Source of the DNA: Tubiluchus corallicola
Lineage: Eukaryota; Animalia; Priapulida
Assembly: GCA_030141605.1 (NCBI GenBank)
Contig: JAQGDQ010000027.1
Location: 496,001-560,000, forward strand
Length of the DNA: 64,000 nt
Direction of reading: 5' to 3'
Of the stretch, positions 1-12,701 are shown piece after piece. Under the pieces are notes generated by a model, which had not been told where the DNA came from, ran no database searches, and worked only from the letters and a program-made list of their open reading frames with translations. The number at the start of each line of letters is the position of its first letter. The stretch's first letter is position 1. Made by a program: the position numbers and the translations under genes.

Positions 1-731
1 GTCTGAAAGAACAGCTGCAATGTAGTAATTTTATATACTAAATACCAATATTATTACCGGGCTCCACAAAAGTGGACTAAGTAAACTAAGATGACAGTAT
101 TGAAAATTTTGAATCAAAGTTGTAATATTTCAGTATTCTACAGGTGAAGATGTTTTTACTTTTCTCCTGCAAGGCAAAGGCACTCAGAGGTATAAGCTTG
201 GTTCTTAGCACCACACAACAAGTGTTTTTACAGGAGTGTACTGAACAAACTGGAATCCCTAAATATACTTGGAAGCTGCTTTCCTTTTTTGTTTGTCAGT
301 AAAATCTCTTAAGTTCCGTCAGCCCGCAATGCTCCAAACAACTGCACAGAGTATGCAAAAACCTTTGATCAGCATTTAGGCATACTTATGTGCTATGTAA
401 TACATATACAGGTTTTATAGAAACCTTGTATTTACAAAATTTTTGTTGTACGATTCTTACATTACAACCTCATCTCCTTAACAGCTGAATAAAAACAATT
501 ATGAGAAATTGTTTTGACAATTGTGATGTAGCGCATGGGACTGACGGGAGCATTTACTCTGCAACTTACTGAAGGACCAATGTATGATTACAGCTCCAAA
601 CAGCAGTGAGATGTTGGAGTTGCATGATTTCATTCAGATTTCTTTTACGACATTTCTAGAGAACTAGAAATGGTTATTTACATGCTAAATTCTGCCTAAA
701 AAATAACATTAAATATAAATGTGTAGTTTTA

Positions 732-1739
732 TTAAAAAACAAAAGAAAATGATTTATATTTTATATTTGTACTAATATCAATTTTCCAGCTGCTTCCTGC
801 TGTGGCCAGCACTTTAAAGTTGTTATCAGGCGTATTGTTAACTTGTATATCATAAGTCCTTGCAGAACACGGAACTTCTGCAGTAAGATCTCCATTAATG
901 CTCCAGTGAAGAATATTGGGTTGGCTTCCACCAGATATTATCACGTCTTCGTAGAACAGCACTCGATACTGACACATGTCAGGTTTCAAAAATGTGCCAG
1001 CAGGCTGCGCTAAAGAACGTGTGTGCCACAATGACAATGAAGGTCCCCCTCCACAAACCAACCAATCATCGCCTTGATCAGATGCAACACAAGAGATCCA
1101 TTTACCGATCTTTGGTCTGCTGCAAGAATCGTGCTTGAAGGGTTCTATCAAATTTACAGCTTCTTCATTGTTTCTAACATCCCAAATGCGTACACTTCCA
1201 TCCTCACTACCAGAGATTAATTCCCTACTTGTGTTTTTGGCAGTTAAGCAGTGAATATAATCTGTGTGTCCTTTAAAAGTTGACACTAAACTTCCAGACT
1301 CTAACTCCCATCCGTAGATGTTGCAGTCGCCGCAGCCGGCATACACTGTTGAGTCGGCAGCAGCTTTCATGAGCGTAATCCCGTTTGTTTCTGGACTTTC
1401 AAAACTGTCCCCTCTTGGAATAGATAAAGACCATGCAACTTTTGCAGCTTTGTCAATTATATCTTTCCAACGCCATCCTAACACATCGCCTGTACCAGCA
1501 CTTATAAGGAACGTTTCATTAGATGCTAGGCTATATATAGGACCATCATGACCAGCGAAAATGTATACTGGTTTTCGTTCAGCTTCAGCACCAGTCTTGC
1601 TCAAAGCAGTAGCTAGGTTGTACAATGCTATATTACCAAAATTATTGGCAGCAACCAGGTATTTACCACAAGGCGAAAACTGCACAGCATAAATGGTAGT
1701 ATGCAACTGAATATAAGGATCTTGTTTAACTTCTGTCAT
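732..1739 (-). CDS. THOC6: THO complex subunit 6 (WD40 repeat), single coding exon
   Basis: 335-aa ORF; WD40 motifs (FSPCGKYLVAANNFG, GHDGPIYSL, GHTDYIHCL, SGSEDGSVRIWD) and THOC6-typical SRPKIGKWISC / WLVCGGGPSLSLWH. Splice acceptor (ttttcattctag) ends at 1765. Confidence 0.92.
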   Translation of the reverse strand: MTEVKQDPYIQLHTTIYAVQFSPCGKYLVAANNFGNIALYNLATALSKTGAEAERKPVYIFAGHDGPIYSLASNETFLISAGTGDVLGWRWKDIIDKAAKVAWSLSIPRGDSFESPETNGITLMKAAADSTVYAGCGDCNIYGWELESGSLVSTFKGHTDYIHCLTAKNTSRELISGSEDGSVRIWDVRNNEEAVNLIEPFKHDSCSRPKIGKWISCVASDQGDDWLVCGGGPSLSLWHTRSLAQPAGTFLKPDMCQYRVLFYEDVIISGGSQPNILHWSINGDLTAEVPCSARTYDIQVNNTPDNNFKVLATAGSSWKIDISTNIKYKSFSFVF

Positions 1740-2102
1740 GTTTCGGTAATTTTAATGTAGCGTCCTAGAATGAAAATAAGAATTTTAATGTGAACTGTCG
1801 GAAATGTCCAAATCAAACAGTTGTCAATGGCATTTGTTTTTCTGAAATACTATATTCTGCACAAATCTATATTTTCCTTGAATTATTTTTTAATTTTCTG
1901 GGCATGTATAGTCAATAATGCCAAGTTTGATAGAGGTGTTCTCAATGAGGTATGCACTTGAGCTTTTTCACTCATGTTCACATAACTGAAGTTTCATTTG
2001 CGCAAGTAGCAGGAATTCGTACAATTTGATAATACAGTATATGAATTTCAAAAAAGCATCACCATAAGCAGTATTTAATATGGTAGAAGTAAAATGATGT
2101 TT

Positions 2103-2330
2103 ACATAGAATGTTTTTCATAGAACATAGAACAAATTTACAGCAACAATGAATTGTAGAGCAGGCCAGGGAGGGACTAAGGATTAATAAAATGATTTGAT
2201 TTGATTAATCTTGTCTCCTGTCCTATCATACAAATGGCAGATTTAATAAAAACAAACAGTACTAATACTATAGTAATAGTGAAAAGGTGAAGTTGCAGGT
2301 AACGAAAAAGCAAAAAAAATAATAATAATT
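2103..2330 (-). mobile_element. Diverged 3' end of an L2/Crack-like LINE (same family as 41917-42330 and 45019-45429)
   Basis: catagaa tail repeats and gagcaggccagggagggac...tgtctcctgtcct stem resembling the two copies near RPS20. Confidence 0.45.
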
Positions 2331-4828
2331 GACTATCAATAAACAAAAGACAAAAATATAGTTAAATATCTAAAATTACACACAAATATATAGTTAGATC
2401 AGATCGCTAGGTGCACGCAAATTAAGTGCCTTACAGCTGCACTTTACCGGCCTGCGTAGCATACTAGCAATACTACTGATCTCACTGCTTTTTCTGATAA
2501 GCAACTTTTGTTGTCACATTCTTCACGCTGAACGCAGAAATACCAAAATAGCTAGAATGTTAAGTATTGTAATAAATATGAAAATGTTTTTGTGTAAAGA
2601 TTAAATAAAAATCTTTAATCAGGGTACTATATGGAACAACTGATTTGGATTACTTACTAAAATTTGAGTTAGACAGTAATTCAGCAAATGATGCAACACA
2701 TTCTGAAACGTTTTCTGAAAAAATTAAATCCAGCTCATGATTCGCATGTTTCTTTCATCAAAAGCCGCGACCACTAGTAATGTACTGCCATCTGTCGTGT
2801 ATTCTTGAAAAACTTACTCCATACAGACACACCAAAAGAGAGGCATGATAAAAAATAATTATTATTGCATTTTGCAAACTAAACGAATGCTGATAAGCTA
2901 TAGACTAATGCAAATAGCAATTTGTGAAACGCTACATCCAATTTAACCTTGTCTAATCTGTAACATATTGATAAAAATAATTAATAATAAGTATAATTAT
3001 TTAAATATAACAATAACAAGGATTTCATTGGTGGACAGGGAGTATTAGAATTTGGCCATGGTGAGGTGAGACTTGTTTACAGTACGAGTTAATGTGTTTT
3101 CAATAACTCTGTGTAGCGCAAGTCACAAATCTTGTTTTCATTAACAGTATTTTGTTAGCACAGACTAGTAATGCAGGCTGCAGACATATGCTTGTTTACT
3201 TTAAAGAAATTTACGTAATGAAAAAGTGTTTATTACGATGCTTGAATTGTCGCAGAAGCGAAAGAACAAGTTGGTGTAAAATATTTGTGAACGTTGTGAT
3301 TGTGTCATGTGATTGCTATAAATTTTGTTATGTAATGCTGCTTGGTGATGTTATAATAAATAAAAAATGTTATTGTACTAAAATGATAACAAGAAATAGA
3401 TGAGACTTGAATGCCTATTTTGAACATTGTACCAACAACATCGAGCAACTGAGTATATGGCAGGTGGTGATCATGTTGTAGTAATCATGTAACTAAAATA
3501 ATATCTAATAGTTAAAAAAGAGTTAAAACAGATCATGACGGTAAGGGTGCCGGTATTAAGTTTGCTATTCTCCAAATTCAATGCATTGGTCTATGGAATA
3601 TCAGCGTCAAATTTTGTATGATAACAATTTACCACCGATTATCTATTTTTACAAAATAGTCATGTGCTGTATCGAAGCCATACAAATGCACACAAGTATT
3701 AAATATTAATATCCCACCAATCACAACCAATAACAAGTTCATTTCTTCTTTTCAGAACAGTGAATGTCATACATTTACATAAATTTTCCATATTACAAAA
3801 AGTTATTTATTGCAAGATTATTTTGTCTTAGTCCAGACATGTTAGAGTCGTCCGATCAGTATGAGATTATAGTTTTCATCCATAGAAGTCATCAAACTAG
3901 GCAGGACATGACAGCATAGTTTATAGTGTTTGTGTTGCCATATACTAAAATTATTACTATTTTAAGAGAAATTAATGTCCTTTTAATAGTTTTAATTGGA
4001 TCACATGCAATGCTTTTCAGTTGCCGAAATAATTCGGTATTACATGTAGTTAGTATCTTCGTTCAGAATATCAACTGACTCGTTAATATGAGATGTAACA
4101 TTGTTGCATTTGTATATATTTGCAAATAATAGCAATAGCATGATTTTGTCAAGAATTTTCTCTGGAGTAATATGTGGTTTCAAAGTTACTTTTGAACGAA
4201 CCATGTAACTATTCTCGTTCCCCAAATCTAATTATTAGTAAACAAATAAGCAATCAGGTAACTCCAAAAAGGTATGCCTATTGTTCTCATTTAGTGTAGC
4301 ATCCTTAAAACTTAAGGTATGTAGTAAACATTATAGTTTTAGTAGTAGCTACAGTCTTCACATTAAAAAAAGACTTCTAGTGGATAAAGAAAAACAGGCT
4401 GCAAATGTTGTACAAATTACAAAACTGTCATTCTCATGCAAGTAGTTCTTATGTGCACGATGAAAGTTTTTGCAAAAACAACAAAACTGCCTTTATTTTA
4501 TGGCTCTTAATCCTACAAAAATTTTAGTGACTGATATTTTATTACATACGCGAACTGCCTCATAGATTACCATTTTAGTTAATGCTTTTGTTTAATATAT
4601 AATACAGCATATCAGTAAAAATGCACAAGGGACTTTGCAGTGACCACAGATAATAGTCTTTTACATGCAAAACATTTTACGTAAAGATATATTTCTTATG
4701 TTTCTTTGCTCATAATAATTAGTTACAGAAGAGAAATTCATAGATCTTTATAAAAGGTATAAGTGATATTTATTGTTCTAAGAGTGCCAATCTTAAATTG
4801 GTTTACATTAAATACTTGTGTCTGTTGC

Positions 4829-5521
4829 TTAGTCATTTTTTTCAATAGGCGGATGATCCAACACTTTATCTAAAATGCCAAAGTCTTTTGCTTCTTGGGG
4901 GCTCATAAACGTATCACGTTCCATCATAGCCTGTATTCTTTCCACAGGCTGACTCGTGTGCTTAGCATAAAGTTCATTAATTTGTTTTTTCATCTTTACA
5001 ATTTCCTCAGCCTGTATTTGAATATCAGTCGCTTGTCCTACAGCCTGACCAGAAGGCTGGTGTATCATGACCCGCGAATTAGGTAACGAATGTCTCATTC
5101 CATTTGTTCCTGCGCACAGTAATAATGACGCCATGCTGCAGGCTTGTCCAACGCACCACGTATTCACAGGTGGAAGAACATACTGCATGGTGTCGTAAAC
5201 ACCAAGTCCAGCAGTGACAGATCCACCTGGACTATTTATATACAAATGAATTGGCTTTTTATTGCTTTCCGATTGCAGAAACAGCAACTGTGCCACAACC
5301 AAACTAGAAAGTTCGTCAGTAATTGGGCCCATCACACAAATGATGCGTTCTTTCAGCAAACGTGAATAAATGTCATAAGCTCTTTCACCTCTCCCCGTCT
5401 GCTCGATTACGATTGGTATCATTGGCATATTCCATCTGGCTGACTGATGAAATGTCCTTATGGAATAGCAAAGTTGGGCACTGGTAAATCGTGCTAGTCT
5501 GTGGAAAAGTATCGACGACAT
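4829..5521 (-). CDS. CLPP: ATP-dependent Clp protease proteolytic subunit, mitochondrial; single coding exon
   Basis: 230 aa; basic N-terminal transit-like peptide, [38 protein letters not shown], catalytic Ser (GQACSM) and His (MIHQP). Acceptor (tttatttttcag) ends at 5547. Confidence 0.97.
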   Translation of the reverse strand: MSSILFHRLARFTSAQLCYSIRTFHQSARWNMPMIPIVIEQTGRGERAYDIYSRLLKERIICVMGPITDELSSLVVAQLLFLQSESNKKPIHLYINSPGGSVTAGLGVYDTMQYVLPPVNTWCVGQACSMASLLLCAGTNGMRHSLPNSRVMIHQPSGQAVGQATDIQIQAEEIVKMKKQINELYAKHTSQPVERIQAMMERDTFMSPQEAKDFGILDKVLDHPPIEKND

Positions 5522-6909
5522 TCAGTTGTTTAGCTAAATAGTCAAGCTGAAAAATAAAGTAAAATATATAAATGTATAAACTTTTACAACAATAAACTGT
5601 TCGAAAAAAATTCAAATTTATCATTAGAGTCAGTTTTCTTATTAAGTAAAAAGTTTTGCTTGTAGTTCTAGTCATAGCGACAAAGATACGGCCATACTGG
5701 TATTACTTTGACATTGTCAAAAACTGAAGATTTTGCATAAAACTAAAATAATTGACATAAAAAAGGAAGTATAGAAAATCATTCAAACAAACATTTACCA
5801 TCAGAAATCTGCCATAAAGGCAGTCCTGTTAGATCATGATATATATTAGGTAGTGCAGAAAAAATGTGGCGAAGTTTAGACCACAATAATTTTAGAAACA
5901 ATGGACTACAAAGCTGAAGTTTTGCAGTATGGTATTATTATACATTAGCATTTGATTGTGAAAGTCTCAACTTTAGTAGCTTTTTAAGTTATAGCCGAAA
6001 AGCTTTTGCATGTTAGAAAACGGAATGCCAGGACAACGTCAGTTCTAATCACAAATTGAAAAACATACTCGATTGACAAATTTATAAAGCACTCAATACG
6101 TGGTAGCAAAATAATAAAGAAACCAACTACTAGTTTACAACAAGGTGTTCATCACAGAAAATAAAGCATTGATAAAGATTTGTTGCCAAAGTCTGGCTTA
6201 ATCCTCTAGACAACATTATCTTTTAAAGGCAAATTGTATGAACGTACAGAGCTGTTTGATGCAGAAGAACTAAAGACAAAATTTTTTAGTACGGGGACCA
6301 AATACACTTTAAAGAAATAAGAAATGGTATCAAATATTGAAAGAAAGAACTTTATCTAGTTTCCATTGAAAATGGTAGATAAATAGACCACTTGATGGAA
6401 ATTTTAATTATGGTGACTGTATCTTTGGAAATACTACACATTAAAATACTAACAATAAACAAAATAAATTAAACAAACTATTAATTGGTAGCTTATGCAA
6501 CACACAGCACTATATTAAAGCTAACAATTTGCAAGACAATAAAAGGTATTACTACAGTACTAGTACTAGTACTAATATTTACAGTGTAACTATTGTATCA
6601 CGAAGAAAAATGGTACCGAAGAAAAACGGTACGGCTACAGTATGTATAATGCCATATCACCATTTTCATGAAGTGGGCACGTACTTTTCAATGTGCAACG
6701 CCGTATGTCGTAAAAATTGTCAAGATCCGTATCGTATGTTTTGTAAATGTGACAAAAAGCACGGATATGTATTTGTTGCAAAAATAGCCACGAATACAGA
6801 TCCGTATTCGGTAATCGCAGAAAAGACGAGTACGGATTCGTACATCTAGCCACTGCCTATTTTATTATATCATCATCTACCCATTACGTCTATTGTCGTG
6901 AGTATTGAC

Positions 6910-7821
6910 TGTTGGGAGCCGTTTGGACCACTGCGCCAAGTAGACCGCGGTCTACTTGGGCTGCCCAAGTAGGACACTTGAGACAGGTCGTGAATTCAGT
7001 CGTTAAGTGTACTGACACCGTCCGTTGTGCTTGTTTATGTAATAATAATAATTAAAAACGTTAATACACGTTGAATAATTTATTATACATCTAATAAAAT
7101 AAAAGAATTTTATTCTGAGCTGGTAGAACGGACAATATTAAATTTGGTTTCGATATTAATGTTGTTGAAGTGAAAAAACCCCACTTTTTTGCGAATTCAA
7201 CATTTGTTTAAGGTATATCATTTTTGATTTTGTCTCACTTCACAAACAGGTGATCCGTTTCACTACCTCTTGGGCAAATAATTGTTTTCTTATAAGTAAA
7301 CGTTCTAGCGATCTATATGTCCTACATGGGCTAGCGAGCCATGTAGGACAGTGCCCTACATGTTACAATACTACTGATAATATTAAAACTAATTATCCTT
7401 GCTTTTCTTAAATGTTAAAAATTACTTTTTGGTGTTGTGAAGGCTTAGCAGCAGCTGTCTCATTTTTAAATTTGCAATTATTTCTGTAATAACTGTGTGC
7501 AGAATTTCTCTCTTTAAAGCATTAGATACTAGGTTTAATGTTATGATATATTAATGGAGTTAATCATAATGATGAAATTATTGTAAGAAATGCATTTGTA
7601 AATTGCCAAGGAATATCCATTTCTAAAAGAAATTTTGTTTTATGCTTTATTATGTCATAACAATACTTATAAACAATGGTAATATAAACTGGAAACAAGT
7701 TTTGCCAGAGCAAGTTTCTCGACAAAAATCGCTAGTGTCCTACTTGGGCTGCCCATGTAGGACACTACTTTTAGCGCATCAAGTGGTCTACTTGGCGCAG
7801 TGGTCCAAACGGCTCCCAACA
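6910..7821. mobile_element. Non-autonomous DNA transposon (MITE) with 37-bp perfect TIRs, TGT..ACA ends and 5-bp TSD
   Basis: TIR tgttgggagccgtttggaccactgcgccaagtagacc at 6910-6946 and its reverse complement at 7785-7821; TTGAC at 6905-6909 and 7822-7826. Confidence 0.9.
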
Positions 7822-8135
7822 TTGACAGTATTGTACTAGACATTGGGCGGACAGAACTCTAAAAAAAGAAATCTGCCCTTAAGACAGGTAAACACAGCAG
7901 TTAATCCAGCAAAAAACTAGACTCCGCTATGCCAGTGGCTTGTCAGCACCACTTCTTATTATACAATATTATTTTATTATAATAAAATAACGATTTATTA
8001 TACCACGCCAGAAAATATAGCGTTTGTCCCACTCAATCAGGGAAACCTCCGATAATTTAAGAAGCTGCAAAATCTAAATTTCAGTGAGTTTCATTTACAC
8101 TCTACACAGGTCAAGCGAGTAGCCGAGTTCACCCA

Positions 8136-8522
8136 TAGGAGCATTCTTTACCAGAAAGCGAATTCGAATCACACCGAACTTCAGTATTTCGAATTCGAAT
8201 TGAGATTGAAAGATTTTCGAACAAGTTTTCGAGCCACCAGTAAAAATTAGTCTTACAAAGATCATGCACATTACCCGATTTTGTTATGCAATAAAACCAC
8301 TAATAATTTGTTTAGAATTGTGCACAGAAATCACAGCCTAATTATGCTAATTGCATGACGTTTCAATCATTTTAATGATAGGGAACTTATGTGATTGAAG
8401 TGCTGAATTATTCGAATCTATAGTTTTAGGTTCAAATAGAATTCAAACTTTAAAAAACTCGTTCGAATCTCATTCAAACGTTCAAATCACATTTGAACAT
8501 TCGAATTCCCAATGATCTCCTA
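8136..8522. mobile_element. Decayed hAT-like MITE rich in TTCGAA subterminal motifs
   Basis: Imperfect TIRs taggagcatt / aatgatctccta; clustered ttcgaat motifs at both ends; no TSD recognised. Confidence 0.5.
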
Positions 8523-8539
8523 ATTCTAATGAAATAAAT

Positions 8540-10800
8540 GATTCTATGCTCTTTAATATAAATTTTTAAGTATTCTTGATTTTAACGAATATATTATATT
8601 TGGAGATTTCAATTTTCCTGATATTAATTGGGAATGTTTGACAGCCTATTCTAAATCATCTACTGATATTTTGGATGTTACATTAGATGGTTTCTTTACT
8701 CTCAACATGTGAATTTTCCTGCACATGATGAAAACATACTTGATTTGATATTCTCAACAGATGAGAATATTATTAGTTTTGTTCAGGATTATGGTAAGCT
8801 TGGTAGTAGTGATCACGTTCTTCTTAGTTTTCAAATTACTCTTGCTACAGAGTATAATAGTTCTTCGCCTTTAGTTCCTGGCTGGAACAGGACAAACCTT
8901 CGTGCTATGGAAAGCTTTTTCGATACGGTCAATTGGTTTCAATGTGTGGGCCTAACTACATTATTATCTGGCATAATATTGAGGCATGTATAAATGAATG
9001 CATTATAGTTAATGTGCCATTTAGACCAAAAAGAAAACTCGAACCTAAGAAGCTAAGGATAACTAGAAGAGTTGCTAAAGCAACAGACACTAAAATGTTG
9101 TGGAAGAAATAGCGGGATACTCGTAGTCTGTCAGCATTTAATAAACATAAGAATGCTGAATCTGAAGTCCTCTTGTACGTAATGCTGTCGGTAGGTTTGA
9201 AATGAATCTAGCAAATAATGTTAAACAGGATACAAAGTCTTTTTACAAATATGCAAAGAGCAACAAGTTTAGGTCTTCTAAAGGATAGTAGTGGGTGTCT
9301 TACTTCTGATCCAAAATCTATGGCAGAGATTCTTAATACATTTCTTGTATCTACATTTACTGAGGAAGATGTTGATAAAATTCCAGAGCCTCATAACATT
9401 TTTTATGGATCAGATAATCAAATGCTTAGTTGGCTATAGATATCTGAAGAAGTGGTTGTTGATCATATTCATAATCTTAAACTCAATAATGCAATTAGTC
9501 CTGGTAATTTTGGTTCAGGACTACTAACTGAACTTGCAGTCTCTTTGTGTAAGCCATTCACTTTACTGTATAATCAAAGTTTGTTAACTTGTCAAGTATC
9601 TCATAGTTGGAAGTTTGTCACTGTAACAGCTATTTTTAACAAAGGCATTTGCAGTGATCCTGGTAATTATCGGCCTATTTTTTAACTTCATTTGTATGTA
9701 AAGTCATGGAATCTATTTTGCAGAATTATATCATTGATCATTTAGAAAATAATAAATAATTATTTGACTCCTAACATGGATTCAATAAAAGCCGTTATTC
9801 CTTGACCAATCTGATAAGTTTTTTTCAATGATGTCACTTCTATGCTCCATCAAGGATGTCTAGTTGAAATTATTTATTTTGATGTTGTCAAGGCTTTTGA
9901 TAAACTGCCTCATCAAAGACTGCTTAAAAACATTAAAGCCCATGGTGTTCCTGGAGATATCATCAGCTGGATTGCAGATTAGTTGTTTGGAAAAAATCAA
10001 AGTGTCGTACTTGATCGTGTAGAATTTTCTGAAAGGTTGGTGACAAGTGGTGTTCCACAGGGATTGGTACTCGGTACTTCATTAATGATATAGATAATAA
10101 TTCAAGGATTGGACTGCTCAGTCACAGTCGATGCTACAGCTCCATCAATTTGATTAATAACTGACTCTCTTGGCGCACAACCCATTGTCTTTTGAGACAG
10201 AAGGATGCCAACAACAACAACAACAATAGATAATAATATTTCCACTTACATTTGAAAATTTGCAGATGATACAAAATTGTATAATCCAATTAACTCTGTA
10301 GCAGATTCATCAGTTATATAGCATGATATTGAACAACTATGTAGGTGGAAACAACTCTTCAAAGTACAAATAGTAAAAATGATCTTGGCGTGATAATAAC
10401 ATCAGACTTGAAATTTTCCCAGCAATGTGTATCGTATCCTCTGTTAAGAAAGCAAACAAGATTTTCGGGAAGCGGTACATCGTTTTAGAAATAAAAAAAT
10501 AATTATATTGAAATTATACATTGGCTTGATTAGACCTCATCTGGAATACTGTGTGCAGCTTTGGAATCCCCATCATCAGAAAGAGATATTGCTTATGGAA
10601 GGTGTACAAAGGCGCACTACAAGAATAATGTTAGGTTGTAAAAATCTGACATAACACGTCTTGACATTCGTAAATATTAATTTTCTGTGAGAGTTGTGAA
10701 TGTATGAAATAATCTGCCTGCCATGGTGATTGCCGCACCAACCACAGTAAAGTTTAAATCCTTAATCAACAATTATTTTGCGGAAAAATATGGGGTTTCT
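8540..10800 (+). mobile_element. Decayed CR1-clade LINE ORF2 (AP endonuclease + reverse transcriptase), many stops and frameshifts
   Basis: Recognisable motifs in order: IIIFGDFNFPDINW (~8590), LDLIFS, GSSDH, PGNYRPI (~9660), KAFDKLPHQRLL (~9890), SGVPQG (~10045), FADDTKLY (~10260), IRPHLEYCVQLWNP (~10530). Confidence 0.9.
10102..10225 (+). mobile_element. 5'-truncated RTE-like non-LTR element nested in the CR1 RT domain
   Basis: 12-bp TSD atagataataat (10090-10101, 10226-10237); (CAA)n tail; FKDWTAQSQSMLQ resembles an RTE ORF C-terminus. Confidence 0.7.
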
Positions 10801-11059
10801 ATGAGTGTACTCGCTTAACCCCTATTGGTAAACATTATAATAGTATAACATCACCAATTAGGGGACAGCCAGAAAGACATCACCAAAGAACTCCACAATG
10901 CGATTAAATAAAAAATTTCTTCAAGTTACTGTCTTGTTAATATTCTGAGGTTTTATGTGTTCATGTACTATGGCCTTTTAGTTTAAAAAAACTATTTTTG
11001 ATTTTTCTTTAATAATGAAGATATGCATAATTTTGCATATGGTTGCATACCAGTTCAAA

Positions 11060-11245
11060 TAATCACAATGCCGTCTATATATTGAGTAATCTTCAGACTA
11101 ATGACTAACGTCCTCAGCAGTTTTCCTCAACCACCAGATATCATTGCTATATTTGAGACAAGATTGAAAAAAAATTCTACATTTATGTGCAAATTAAACA
11201 ATTACGTATTTTTGAATATCAATTGAAAAACAAATGCTGGAGGCA
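11060..11245 (+). mobile_element. Fragment of a LINE AP-endonuclease N-terminus
   Basis: Translates to PPDIIAIFETRL...NYVFLNIN*KTNAGG, typical of the first endonuclease motifs. Confidence 0.55.
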
Positions 11246-12701
11246 ATTGTACTTTGATTCTAACGTTGAAACTTGGAAGATAGTGCATGTTGCTACATTT
11301 AAAAAGCCGCTTTCCTTGATCGGTTTTAATACTGCTTGTCTCTCTTTGTGTTTTGCTTAGCATTTTTAATTATAAATATTGCGGTAATTCTTATTTTTTC
11401 CTTATTTGTTTGCTATGACGTGGATAATATAATGTTTATCATTTTAGTAAATCCTTGACAGGTAGATTATCTGCCTATCTTAGTTTTCCAGTGGGTCACA
11501 AGATTACACACCTGCCAAGTGCCACCAGACATTTAATGTAAAAATTAGTATGAAACGTAAAAGGCCTTGACCTCGGCTATCATCCCGCCCCTGGTAGGGT
11601 CTGTAGGGCAAATTGTATCTCAGAAAATTTTGCTTTTTGGGGGTGAAAATCAAATTATCAAAAAATTAAGGGAAATAAAAAAGTTCACCTGAATCAGTTA
11701 ATGCAATTTTTGGTTGCTGCTGAGTTTTCTTACACTGTTATGGCAGTTCAAAATGGTTTATATATAAATATGTTATTTTGTACACTTAAAAAAGCTTAGT
11801 AGCATCAAAATGTGCTTAATTTTCAGTAACTATAAATTGTAATACTTTTTAGTAAAACACGTCGTGAGACTTATGAATGCTACTATATTGGGAATGGTAC
11901 TACTAATTGTGTTGTGGTTAGTACTAATGGCAAAGGAAGTCAGGTGATTTGCGAAGTTGTTGAATGCATGAGACCTGAAATTTGATGGGTGTACCCATGT
12001 GAAAGATGTAAAATATGTGCTGTACAAGCTTAACGCCTGAGATTTGGCAGATCTTAAGTTCAATTTGGCTACTTAAGTTCATTCGCAATGCCTCCACTGC
12101 TTCGGCTGTTCAGCCTTCACTTAGTGGTAACGTGAACACAGTGAACATACTGAAATTTTATAATGATACCTATGTTGGTTAGACCTTTACTTATTTTACT
12201 ATTACAGTGTTGTAGTAAGTTAACAAAAATCGTGATACAATGTAATTAATAACACACCCACGTCTTACAATTACATTTACTGTAAACTTAGTTCGAGTTC
12301 ATTAGTATCTTAATGTTACAGGTGTGCAGTATTATATATTATACATTGCTATAGGGTACTGCTACAATTGTCGACAAAACTTGGAGTGGTCAGTAGAAAA
12401 CTAGGCTAATGTGTCAAACCATGACATATCTGACTGTATTTGGTAGTGGCAGAATTTGCAGAAGTGACATTTTTTAACTTTTCTCATTTGTGTTACAAAG
12501 GAAAAAAACATTTTGAAGTGTAAATTGATTTTTATCTAACTGCAGTATATCCTGCAATGTTGCATGTATAGCTCTTGTGATACAGGCCTTGATGTCTAAT
12601 TGTGTTAAATGTTTTCTTTTTTAGAGTGTTTGAATTGTGAATTGTAATTTGGAAAACAAAATTTTTTCTTTATCAGGTGAGGCCACACGAGCATTCAGAT
12701 A

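Noticed and set aside
11860-11870. cgtcgtgagac identical to the 28S target of the snoRNAs
   Set aside because: An isolated 11-nt match with no surrounding rRNA similarity; consistent with chance.
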